DNA of 41,821 bases from positions 1-41,821 of the IMG/VR virus record IMGVR_UViG_3300045988_157277. One strand, written 5' to 3'. Source of the DNA: a virus. A program made the position numbers and the translations under genes. How positions within the stretch are numbered: the stretch's first letter is position 1; each line of letters opens with the position of its first letter. This document shows, piece by piece, positions 17,412 through 25,216 of the stretch. Under the pieces are notes generated by a model. It worked only from the letters and a program-made list of their open reading frames with translations, was not told the origin of the DNA and did no database searches.

Positions 17412-17568
17412 ACAATTATATTATGATCTACTTTATGAACATAAAAAAGCATTAAAAAAAATTAAAGATTTAGAGCAAGAACTAGAAACTTTATCAAAGT
17501 ATAAAGATATTGAAATAAAAAAAATATTGGTAGAACAATTAATTAAATTTAAAAAGAAAAGTAAGTAA
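17398..17568 (+). CDS. Small coiled-coil protein (the track ORF starts at 17374)
   Basis: Overlaps the 3' end of the upstream gene. K/E-rich. Confidence 0.3.
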   Translation: MKDYEQLYYDLLYEHKKALKKIKDLEQELETLSKYKDIEIKKILVEQLIKFKKKSK

Positions 17569-17659
17569 ATAAATTTATTTACTAAATGAAACATTATTCG
17601 ATGGTTATAAAAAGAATAGTAAAAATAAATTTACTATTTGAATTAAAGGAGGATAAATA

Positions 17660-17800
17660 ATGAATCAATATGAAAGAAGATTTTATGAAGATATTCATAA
17701 ATTAGTAATTATTCAAGAAAAAATATTAAAAGAATTAAAAAAGATGAATGAACCAATTATTGAGTATAAAGAAAAGCCAAAAGATAAGGAGAGTGAATAG
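17660..17800 (+). CDS. Small ORF (46 aa), not in the track
   Basis: RBS AAGGAGGATAAATAATG. Stop overlaps the next start in the conserved GGAGAGTGAATAGATG junction. Confidence 0.4.
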   Translation: MNQYERRFYEDIHKLVIIQEKILKELKKMNEPIIEYKEKPKDKESE

Positions 17801-18058
17801 ATGGAAAATAAAGAATATACAGTAACAATACCAGTAGAAGATTATAAAGAGTTAATACAAGCACAAAATGAATTAGATAATCTCATTAATTATATATTTG
17901 GTTTATATGATTATAATGGAATGGATATGTATTTTGATGAACAAGCATTATATTTATTAACTATATATTTAAAAAATATATGGAGTTATACATATTATAA
18001 AACATTTACTAAATTAAAAAATGATTATGATAAAGAGAAAGCAATAAAGATCGAGTAG
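17801..18058 (+). CDS. Hypothetical protein (85 aa)
   Basis: Conserved junction RBS. Confidence 0.45.
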   Translation: MENKEYTVTIPVEDYKELIQAQNELDNLINYIFGLYDYNGMDMYFDEQALYLLTIYLKNIWSYTYYKTFTKLKNDYDKEKAIKIE

Positions 18059-18070
18059 GAGAGTGAATAG

Positions 18071-18358
18071 ATGATAGAAAGAATATTAGATAAATATTAT
18101 AAAAAGAAGTTGATGTATTATATAGAGCATCATGGAACATTTATGATAAATAATTTAGTAGTTAAGTTTGAAGAAGAATTAGGAACTATTCTTATAAAAA
18201 TTAAGCATAATGCATTAAAAGAAGATAGATATGAATTTTTGTTTCACATTAATGAAAAAGATATATTTTTTTACTTATGCAATATAAAAATATTAGATGA
18301 AAAAATTGCAGAAAATACAAAAGCTTATCTTGAATATAATAAATGTAATGTTATCTAA
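18071..18358 (+). CDS. Hypothetical protein (95 aa)
   Basis: Conserved junction GGAGAGTGAATAGATG. Confidence 0.45.
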   Translation: MIERILDKYYKKKLMYYIEHHGTFMINNLVVKFEEELGTILIKIKHNALKEDRYEFLFHINEKDIFFYLCNIKILDEKIAENTKAYLEYNKCNVI

Positions 18359-18370
18359 AAGGAGGAATAG

Positions 18371-18565
18371 ATGAAACAAACAATTACATTAGAAGAAATA
18401 AAAAAACTATATGAAGAAATGGATAATAGAGAATGTGGAGATAGTTATTTTACTAAATACGATGGTACAAGAATCTCTATCGATACTGGATATGCATTTA
18501 GAGGTATAGAATTATTTATTGAAGAATTAGAGCATAAATTAGAAATAAAAAAGGAGAGTGAATAG
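18371..18565 (+). CDS. Hypothetical protein (64 aa)
   Basis: RBS AAGGAGGAATAGATG. Confidence 0.45.
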   Translation: MKQTITLEEIKKLYEEMDNRECGDSYFTKYDGTRISIDTGYAFRGIELFIEELEHKLEIKKESE

Positions 18566-18778
18566 ATGACAAGAGAAGAAATATTAGAAAAAATTGAAGA
18601 ATTAGAAGAACAATTATATCAAACAGATGAATTACAAGAAGAATTAGAAGAATATAGAAAACAGGCAAATAAGAGTGCCAAGTGTATGAAAATAATGATT
18701 GATGAATTTGAAAAAGAAGGATTTACAAGAGAATTTGCTATTGAATTAATGAAATTAAGTATAGGAGGAAATAGATGA
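18566..18778 (+). CDS. Hypothetical acidic coiled-coil protein (70 aa)
   Basis: Conserved junction GGAGAGTGAATAGATG. Confidence 0.45.
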   Translation: MTREEILEKIEELEEQLYQTDELQEELEEYRKQANKSAKCMKIMIDEFEKEGFTREFAIELMKLSIGGNR

Positions 18779-19023
18779 AAAGAGTTAATATTACAAGTGC
18801 TGATATTGTTAAATGCATGGATAATAATCAAAAAGATTGGTTAACAAAAAAATGTTTAGCAGATGGAATTGAACCTGAACCGCTTCTTGATACAATGTCA
18901 AAAATAACAACAGCAGCAGTTAATTGTTGTATAGATCTTGTGAATGTTTATTTTGAAAGTCCAGCTGGAAAAGAATATTTAAATATGAGAAAAAAGATAG
19001 AAAATATAGGTCAAAAATTATAA
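18775..19023 (+). CDS. Hypothetical protein (82 aa)
   Basis: ATGA-coupled. Confidence 0.45.
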   Translation: MKRVNITSADIVKCMDNNQKDWLTKKCLADGIEPEPLLDTMSKITTAAVNCCIDLVNVYFESPAGKEYLNMRKKIENIGQKL

Positions 19024-19087
19024 AAACTATTTTAGATAGTAAATAAGGCTTTAAGCATTGATATATATAGGTTTGTGTAGTATTGTG

Positions 19088-19128
19088 TTGGTGCAATATA
19101 ACATAGTGGTTATGTTGCATTGAATATA
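19088..19128. promoter_or_regulatory. 40-bp palindrome-containing element, copy B
   Basis: 36 of 40 nt identical to 14018-14058. The whole ~125-bp intergenic region is homologous to 13954-14078. Confidence 0.5.
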
Positions 19129-19149
19129 CATAATGAAAGGAGGTTGAAA

Positions 19150-19344
19150 ATGAAATATTATGCACTCTATAAAGGAGATGAATTATTAACTGTAGGAACA
19201 AAAAAAGAATTAGCAAAATATTTAAATGTTAGTGAGAATACTATCCGTTTTTATGCATCTCCTACATATCAAAGAAGAAATAAAAAAGGAAATGGATATC
19301 TAGTTGTAAAGGTAGAAGATGATGAAGAAAAAGAAGTAATATGA
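19150..19344 (+). CDS. Small HTH DNA-binding protein (65 aa from the ATG at 19150; the track ORF starts at 19120)
   Basis: RBS AAAGGAGGTTGAAAATG. 'KKELAKYLNVSENTIRFY' is a helix-turn-helix. Confidence 0.5.
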   Translation: MKYYALYKGDELLTVGTKKELAKYLNVSENTIRFYASPTYQRRNKKGNGYLVVKVEDDEEKEVI

Positions 19345-19613
19345 TAAAAATAAAAAATGATGTTTATTTTAAAGAATTATATAAATATGGTTTCAAAATG
19401 AGTGATGGAAATACCTTTATGTATAAACCAAGAAAATATACTGATATACCTCTAATAACAATAGATGTAAAAACAAAAATAATTAGTATTCAAGGAATTT
19501 GTGATATGCATAACACTGTTGAAGATACTTTATATAGTTTATTTAAAGATGATTTGGTAGAAGAATTTAAAGTTGAAATTGATGTTTCAAATAGTAAATT
19601 TAAAAAGGAGTAA
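19341..19613 (+). CDS. Hypothetical protein (90 aa)
   Basis: ATGA-coupled. Confidence 0.45.
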   Translation: MIKIKNDVYFKELYKYGFKMSDGNTFMYKPRKYTDIPLITIDVKTKIISIQGICDMHNTVEDTLYSLFKDDLVEEFKVEIDVSNSKFKKE

Positions 19614-19619
19614 TGTAAA

Positions 19620-19736
19620 ATGTTTAAAGTTTTATTAACTTTAGGTGGAGCATTAATTATAGGAATATTTGCAATGTATTTATTACAAATTAATAGATAT
19701 GAAAAAATTGAAAGGGATAGTGAGAATGAAAAATAA
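19620..19736 (+). CDS. Small membrane ORF (38 aa), not in the track
   Basis: RBS AAAGGAG preceded by the GTTTCAAATAGTAAATT motif. MFKVLLTLGGALIIGIFAMYLL is a transmembrane helix. Confidence 0.35.
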   Translation: MFKVLLTLGGALIIGIFAMYLLQINRYEKIERDSENEK

Positions 19737-20031
19737 TTTATATTATACAGAAAAAATTGTAGAAAAAGTATTAAGACAACATATAGATACTAGATCAGAT
19801 GACTTTATATTAATTTATAGAGTATTTAAAGAAATTAATGAAAATGTAGTTATTCGTTTACCATTTTTTGAAGTAATGTTAAATCATAAAGAATATGGTT
19901 TACCTGCTATTGCAAGCATAATGAGGGCAAGAAGAAAAGTATATGAAAGATATCCTTACTTAAACCCTAAAAAAATTAAGGAATTAAGAAAAGAAAAAGA
20001 AGAAGAATATAAAGAATATAGTAAGAGTTAG
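19729..20031 (+). CDS. Hypothetical basic protein (100 aa; the track ORF starts at 19669)
   Basis: RBS AGGGATAGTGAGAATG. Overlaps the upstream small ORF. Confidence 0.4.
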   Translation, partial: KNNLYYTEKIVEKVLRQHIDTRSDDFILIYRVFKEINENVVIRLPFFEVMLNHKEYGLPAIASIMRARRKVYERYPYLNPKKIKELRKEKEEEYKEYSKS

Positions 20032-20042
20032 GAGATGAAAAC

Positions 20043-21014
20043 ATGGCGATTTTTAGAAATGTAAATATGAGTTTTTGGACTGATCCAAAAGTAGTTGATG
20101 ATTATACACCAGAAGATAGATATTTTATGTTATATGCTTTAACTAATAACTATACCAATATAATAGGTTGTTATGAAATAAGTATAAAGCAAATGAGTAA
20201 TGATTTAGGATATAACAAAGATACTGTAGAAAAAATAATAAATAGATTTAAAGAAATACATAAAACAATTGATTATGATTTTGATACAAAAGAATTATTA
20301 GTAGTTAATTGGTACAAATACAATTGGAGTGCTTCACCAAAATTAGATAATCCATTATATGTAGCAATAGAAAAAGTAAAGAGTGATTTATTCCATGATA
20401 AATTAGCAACTATTTACAATAATAGAGAAAGTGTAATAAAAGAAAAAGATACCATATCTATACCATATCGATATGGTATAGATACAACTATTACTATTAC
20501 TAATACTATTCCTATTTCTATTCCTATTTCTAATTCTATTTCTAATAATAATATATATAATAATAATATTAATAATATTAATAATAATGAACTAGAAGAA
20601 GAATTTAATATTATCTGGACAAATTATCCTAGAAAGCAAGGAAAAGCAAAAGCATTAAAATCATATATTAAAGCTCGAAAAAAAGGTGTAACTAAAGAAA
20701 TTATATATAATGGTTTAAAAAATTATTTAAGATATATTGAAATTGGAAAAGTTGAAACACAATATATAAAACAAGGTTCAACGTGGTTTAATCAAGAATG
20801 TTGGAATGATGATTATTCAATTAATAATAATTCAAATACATACAAAAGAAATGAAGTAGTTCCAGATTGGCTTAATAAAAATATAAAATATGAAACTGCT
20901 AGTCCTGAAGAAATAAAAGAATTAGAAAATTCATTGAGTGAATTTAAAGATCCTGATTTTGAAGAAAGAAAAGCAGCTCTACAAGAAAAATTAAAAAATA
21001 AATATAAAAAATAA
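20043..21014 (+). CDS. Replication initiation protein or replisome organizer (DnaD-like N-terminus plus the conserved C-terminal 'WxxYPRKxGKxxAxK...W(F/L)NQExW' domain)
   Basis: 'FNIIWTNYPRKQGKAKALKSYIKARKKG...QGSTWFNQECWNDDY' is the hallmark C-terminal motif of Firmicute phage replication initiators. A low-complexity central linker is encoded by iteron-like DNA. Confidence 0.65.
   Translation: MAIFRNVNMSFWTDPKVVDDYTPEDRYFMLYALTNNYTNIIGCYEISIKQMSNDLGYNKDTVEKIINRFKEIHKTIDYDFDTKELLVVNWYKYNWSASPKLDNPLYVAIEKVKSDLFHDKLATIYNNRESVIKEKDTISIPYRYGIDTTITITNTIPISIPISNSISNNNIYNNNINNINNNELEEEFNIIWTNYPRKQGKAKALKSYIKARKKGVTKEIIYNGLKNYLRYIEIGKVETQYIKQGSTWFNQECWNDDYSINNNSNTYKRNEVVPDWLNKNIKYETASPEEIKELENSLSEFKDPDFEERKAALQEKLKNKYKK
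20500..20590. repeat. Candidate ori inside the rep gene: (T)ATTCCTATTTCT/CTATTTCT iterons followed by an AT-rich AATAATATT repeat tract
   Basis: tattcctatttctattcctatttctaattctatttct, then aataataatatatataataataatattaataatattaataataat. Confidence 0.45.
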
Positions 21015-21029
21015 AAAGGTGGTGTTATT

Positions 21030-21461
21030 ATGAAAAATTATATAATTACATCTAATGAATTAGATATAGTAAATAGAAGATTATTCAGATTATATGCAAG
21101 AAAACAAAAATTAAATGAAGAAATAACTAATTGTAATAGTCATTTAAAAGAGATAGTTACAAGTGGTGGTGTAGTTAGTGATAAAATGACTAATTATGTA
21201 GCCGAACTTGAAGAAGTAGATAATGAGATATTAGAACTTGAAAATCAAGCAAAAGAATTAAAAACAGATCTTGATTATATGGATAGTAGATTATCGAATA
21301 TAAATGAAATAAAGGAGCAAGTATTTGTAATGTACTTTATAAGAGGGTTAAAGCCTTTACAAATTGCTCCTAAAATTCCATGTGGTAAGTCAAGTGTATA
21401 TAGATACATTGATGAAATCAATAAAGAACGTGCAAGTTGGGAAAAAATAAGAAAAATTTGA
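21030..21461 (+). CDS. Putative late-gene transcriptional regulator (sigma-70 region-4-like HTH, ArpU/RinA-like; 143 aa)
   Basis: C-terminal 'VFVMYFIRGLKPLQIAPKIPCGKSSVYRYIDEI' resembles a region-4 HTH. N-terminal coiled coil. Located after the replication genes and ahead of the late region. Confidence 0.4.
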   Translation: MKNYIITSNELDIVNRRLFRLYARKQKLNEEITNCNSHLKEIVTSGGVVSDKMTNYVAELEEVDNEILELENQAKELKTDLDYMDSRLSNINEIKEQVFVMYFIRGLKPLQIAPKIPCGKSSVYRYIDEINKERASWEKIRKI

Positions 21462-21745
21462 TGTTATAATATAAACGTAGGAAACTACAAAATCCATGAA
21501 TTTCATCTTGCATCGGCTTTATAGCCGATGTGGAAGATAATACACAAGTTACTATTCTTGATAAAAATAGAAGCCGATAACAGTTAGTAATAAAGTATTT
21601 AAAACTCATTTACGTCCTTTTAATTCTTTTTAATGTATTATCTTGCACATTGTCTATAAAGTTTAAAAGCCAATGGGGAAGCAACCTTAAATTTAGGGTT
21701 GTTTTTTTATATTAAAAAGGATGGTGAATCAATCTGATATATAAA
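21462..21745 (+). promoter_or_regulatory. 280-bp non-coding region with a perfect hairpin (CATCGGCT-ttat-AGCCGATG), a second AGCCGATA copy and a terminal terminator-like hairpin. Candidate late promoter/leader and/or cos region.
   Basis: No credible ORF. Hairpin at 21510-21530. GCAACCTTAAAT/TTAGGGTTG followed by TTTTTTT at ~21680-21710. Confidence 0.4.
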
Positions 21746-22123
21746 TTGTGTAGAAGATGCAAAAAAGTAATTATTCATCCTGCTGCTTATTGTGAAGAAT
21801 GTCAAAAAATAGTTGATATGAAAAATGAAGAATTGCAAAGAGCAAGAGATAGAAAATATAACAAACAGCGAGATCCAAAATATAAAAATTTTTATAATAG
21901 TAAAGATTGGTACATTTTAAAAGAAAAAAAGCTTCAAGATGAACAATATAGATGTGAATTTAAAGGCTGCAATAAATTAGCAGTAGATGTTCATCATAAA
22001 ATACCAATTCAAACTCCTGAAGGTTGGGAATTAAGACTTGATTATAATAATTTAGAAGCATTATGTATAGAACATCATAATTACAGGCATGGCCGATTTA
22101 AAAAAAGAAAGGTGGTGAAATAA
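21746..22123 (+). CDS. HNH endonuclease, terminase-associated (cos-type packaging) family (125 aa)
   Basis: Zinc-binding CxxC...CxxC and 'DVHHKIPIQT...NLEALCIEHHNYRHG'. Confidence 0.7.
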   Translation: MCRRCKKVIIHPAAYCEECQKIVDMKNEELQRARDRKYNKQRDPKYKNFYNSKDWYILKEKKLQDEQYRCEFKGCNKLAVDVHHKIPIQTPEGWELRLDYNNLEALCIEHHNYRHGRFKKRKVVK

Positions 22124-22362
22124 TGAAATTAAGACAAATAGTTTGTGATAAAACTGAATTAACATTAACTAAAGAAAAAAAGCAAATTAAATATGGTGAT
22201 ATTTTTGAAGTATCAGAAGAAAGAGCAAAAGAAATTTTAGCAGCTACTTTCAAAGGTAAACCAGTTGCAGAAATAGAATATGAAAAAGCAACTGATGAAT
22301 CAGAAAATTCAATTGAAAATAAAAAAGAAAAAACTACTGCTAAAACAAAAAGCAAGAAATAA
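22123..22362 (+). CDS. Hypothetical lysine-rich protein (79 aa)
   Basis: ATGA-coupled. Confidence 0.4.
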   Translation: MKLRQIVCDKTELTLTKEKKQIKYGDIFEVSEERAKEILAATFKGKPVAEIEYEKATDESENSIENKKEKTTAKTKSKK

Positions 22363-22373
22363 GGAGGTGTTTC

Positions 22374-23228
22374 ATGATAATTGATATAACTTTAAATGAT
22401 TTTAAAGAAATTACATCCAATAGTGATTTTATTGGTAAAGTATCTGAAAATAAAGCAACGATATTAAAATTTCATTTAACTGAAAAACTATCAAAATATA
22501 ATTTTTATTTAGATTTTGAAAAGCCTAATGGATCTAAATTTACTACTCAAAAATTAAATATTGTTGATAATACAGTTGAATATGAAATAACAAATAGTTT
22601 ATTAGATGAAAATGGATATTTATTACTTGAAGTTGTTTTAACAAATGATAATGAAAAAATAATTTATCCTTCATTAAACTTCAAAATAGAAACATCTATA
22701 AATGCTACTAATGAATTAGCACCTGAAAATAAAACATTAATATCTGAAATTGAGGATGTATTAAATAAAATTGATACTACTGGAAATGGAGATAAATTTT
22801 TAAGCGATGATGGCACATATAAAAACGTAAGTAGTTCAGGTGGAACAACTGATTATGATGATTTAACTAATCAGCCTATAAAAAGATTAGTTAGTATGGA
22901 TCAAACTAATCCAATTGTATTAAGAAATTTAGATAGTGGTATTTATTGTTTACATGGTTATATATTACCTTTTGATGGTTCTACTGATTTATTTGTAGCA
23001 CAAACTCCAATATCAGTTAATATTGCAAAATCAAGTAGTATTTCATTTATTCAATTATTTTTTTCATTTGGCAATCAACTACAATACTTTGAAGTAACTG
23101 ATAGCAATTATACACTTAATACAATCTCATTTAATAATTTAGCAACTAAAGAATATATTGATAATGTTGTTGGAAGTATTAACACCGAATTAGCAACATT
23201 AACAACTGTTAGTGAGGTTAGTGAATAA
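22374..23228 (+). CDS. Tail-fiber-like protein (284 aa) with a 'GDKFLSDDGTYK' motif
   Basis: RBS AAGGAGGTG. The G-x-KFL-x-DDGT-W/Y-K motif is common in Firmicute phage fiber/RBP proteins. Confidence 0.5.
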   Translation: MIIDITLNDFKEITSNSDFIGKVSENKATILKFHLTEKLSKYNFYLDFEKPNGSKFTTQKLNIVDNTVEYEITNSLLDENGYLLLEVVLTNDNEKIIYPSLNFKIETSINATNELAPENKTLISEIEDVLNKIDTTGNGDKFLSDDGTYKNVSSSGGTTDYDDLTNQPIKRLVSMDQTNPIVLRNLDSGIYCLHGYILPFDGSTDLFVAQTPISVNIAKSSSISFIQLFFSFGNQLQYFEVTDSNYTLNTISFNNLATKEYIDNVVGSINTELATLTTVSEVSE

Positions 23229-24415
23229 TGGCAACTACAACAGATTACATAAATCAATTAAAAACAGATAAGCAAACACTAGCAAATAATTTAGTTGCAA
23301 AAGGTATTGAAGCAACAAATGATGAAACTTTTACTTCTTTAGTTCCAAAAGTATTAGATATACAAACTGGAATAACACCTAGTGGCTCTATTGATATAAC
23401 GGAAAACGGAACTTATGATGTAACTGATAAAGAAAGTGCTATTGTAAATGTTCCTACTAAAACATTAGGAACTAAAACAATAACTGCAAATGGAACATAT
23501 AAAGCAAGTGATGATAATTTAGATGGTTATAGTGAAGTTGAAGTTGATACTGGTAAATATGCACCTAGAGCAAAAATAAGTTTTGAAAATTATACTGGTA
23601 CAGAATTAGATTATGAACTTGCTAATTTAGATACAAGTAATATTACTTTAATGAATAGTATGTTTTCTAATTGTAAAAATTTAACAAGTTTAGATGTAAG
23701 TAATTTTGATACTTCAAAAGTTACTAGATTAGATTATATGTTTAATTATTGTGAAAAATTAACAAGTTTAGATGTAAGTAATTTTGATACAAGTAATTGT
23801 ACTGCAATGTACGATATGTTTGAAAGATGTTCAAATTTAAAAACATTGGATTTAAGTAATTTTGATACATCAAAGGTTGATAGAATGAACCAAATGTTTT
23901 ATTTTTGTTCATCTCTAATAAGTTTAAATTTAAGTAATTTTAATACAAGTAATGTTACTACTATGGCATCAATGTTTTCGAATTGTGCAAATTTAGAAAC
24001 AATAAAAATAAATTCATTTGATACATCAAAAGTTACTAATCTTAGCAGTACTTTTAATAATTGTATGAAATTAGATACAATACCTCAATTAAATGGTAAT
24101 AATATAAATAATTTAAGTAGTTCTTTCTTTAATTGCAATAATTTAACTAATTTTAATGGTATTACTAATTTAGGACAAGCATATAGTACATCACAAAGTG
24201 CAAATTATTCATATTATAAATTAATATTATCTAGTTGTACTAAATTAACAGAACAAAGTTTAATAAATATATTAAATAATTTATATGATATAGCAACTAA
24301 AGGTTGTAATACTCAATCGGTAGTATTAGGAAGTACTAATTTAGCAAAATTAACTAGTGATGAAGGACAACTTGCATTAGATAATGCAGCTACTAAAGGT
24401 TGGGCAGTATCATAG
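23228..24415 (+). CDS. BspA-type leucine-rich-repeat (LRR_5) surface/adhesin-like protein (395 aa)
   Basis: About 8 tandem ~26-aa repeats 'LTSLDVSNFDTSKVTxLDYMFNYCEKL'. Confidence 0.65.
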   Translation: MATTTDYINQLKTDKQTLANNLVAKGIEATNDETFTSLVPKVLDIQTGITPSGSIDITENGTYDVTDKESAIVNVPTKTLGTKTITANGTYKASDDNLDGYSEVEVDTGKYAPRAKISFENYTGTELDYELANLDTSNITLMNSMFSNCKNLTSLDVSNFDTSKVTRLDYMFNYCEKLTSLDVSNFDTSNCTAMYDMFERCSNLKTLDLSNFDTSKVDRMNQMFYFCSSLISLNLSNFNTSNVTTMASMFSNCANLETIKINSFDTSKVTNLSSTFNNCMKLDTIPQLNGNNINNLSSSFFNCNNLTNFNGITNLGQAYSTSQSANYSYYKLILSSCTKLTEQSLINILNNLYDIATKGCNTQSVVLGSTNLAKLTSDEGQLALDNAATKGWAVS

Positions 24416-24431
24416 AAAGGAGGGATTAAAT

Positions 24432-24698
24432 ATGTATGATATTCCAGAAACAGCAACATTGTTAAAAGAAGGCTTATATGTTGATTATTACACTTATCCT
24501 AGTGGCAATGTTCAAACGAGATTATATGCAGATGAAGGTTGGGCTATATATCATATAAATTCTGTTGAAGGTGAGGATAGAACATATCATTATAGAGTTT
24601 ATCTAGCATATAACGATAGTGTAGATAATTATAATGTATGTCAAGTAACACCTGATATGGAAGTAGTAGGTATGCCTAAAGAAGAAGAAGTAATATAA
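24432..24698 (+). CDS. Hypothetical protein (88 aa; the track ORF starts at 24384)
   Basis: RBS AAAGGAGGGATTAAATATG. Confidence 0.45.
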   Translation: MYDIPETATLLKEGLYVDYYTYPSGNVQTRLYADEGWAIYHINSVEGEDRTYHYRVYLAYNDSVDNYNVCQVTPDMEVVGMPKEEEVI

Positions 24699-24711
24699 GA
24701 GGTGATAATAT

Positions 24712-24891
24712 ATGATCTTAGTTGAAAATAATTTAACTAGTACAAGTACCACAAATGCTTTAAGTGCAAATATGGGAAGAATTTTAAATGAAGCTATTGA
24801 AACTCTTGAATTAAGAGTTATTGCAATAGAAGGTACTACACTAGATATTAGTGCATTATCTAGTGAAGAAATTTTAGAAATTATAGAGTAA
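24712..24891 (+). CDS. Short tail-fiber-motif protein (59 aa), not in the track
   Basis: RBS AGAGGTGA. 'ENNLTSTSTTNALSANMGRILNEAIE' matches the 'NLTSTSTTDALSAxQGKxL' motif of Firmicute phage fibers. Confidence 0.4.
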   Translation: MILVENNLTSTSTTNALSANMGRILNEAIETLELRVIAIEGTTLDISALSSEEILEIIE

Positions 24892-24905
24892 AGGAGAGTG
24901 ATTAA

Positions 24906-25214
24906 ATGAAATTTCTAGATAGTACAGGTCTAACACAAGTTTGGACTAAAATAACAACATTATTAGGAGGAAAAGTTGATAAAGTTGATGGTAAAGGATT
25001 ATCAACAAATGACTTTACAACAGAAGAAAAAACAAAATTAGAAGGATTAAGTAATTATGATGATACAGCATTAGCTGGTAGAGTTACTGCTATTGAAGGT
25101 GCTGGATATCAAACATCTGCTCAAGTTCAAAGTGCTATTGATACTGCTATTGCTGGTGCAGATACTTGTCAACCATTAACAAGTGCTGAAATAACAGCTA
25201 TTATTGGCAGCTAG
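24906..25214 (+). CDS. Tail-fiber-motif protein (102 aa)
   Basis: RBS AAGGAGAGTGATTAAATG. 'KVDKVDGKGLSTNDFTTEEKTKLEGL' is the classic prophage tail-fibre repeat motif. Confidence 0.5.
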   Translation: MKFLDSTGLTQVWTKITTLLGGKVDKVDGKGLSTNDFTTEEKTKLEGLSNYDDTALAGRVTAIEGAGYQTSAQVQSAIDTAIAGADTCQPLTSAEITAIIGS

Positions 25215-25216
25215 TA

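Noticed and set aside
13954-19149. Reading the 40-bp palindromic elements (14018, 19088) as sigma-A promoters
   Set aside because: The candidate -35/-10 hexamers within them (TTGATA...TATAAA) have only ~13-nt spacing. I kept them as operator or RNA elements of unknown mechanism instead.
19669-20031. Track start at 19669 for the 120-aa ORF
   Set aside because: An internal ATG at 19729 has a convincing RBS (AGGGATAGTGAGAATG). The upstream portion overlaps a separate small transmembrane ORF (19620-19736) in another frame.
21418-21609. A 63-aa minus-strand ORF inside the 280-bp non-coding region
   Set aside because: No RBS. It overlaps the perfect hairpin and its composition looks non-coding. 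The region is better explained as a regulatory or structured element.
23690-24060. Possible CRISPR-like or mobile-element repeats within 23228-24415
   Set aside because: The periodicity is in-frame ~78-bp protein repeats (BspA-type LRR units), not non-coding repeats.
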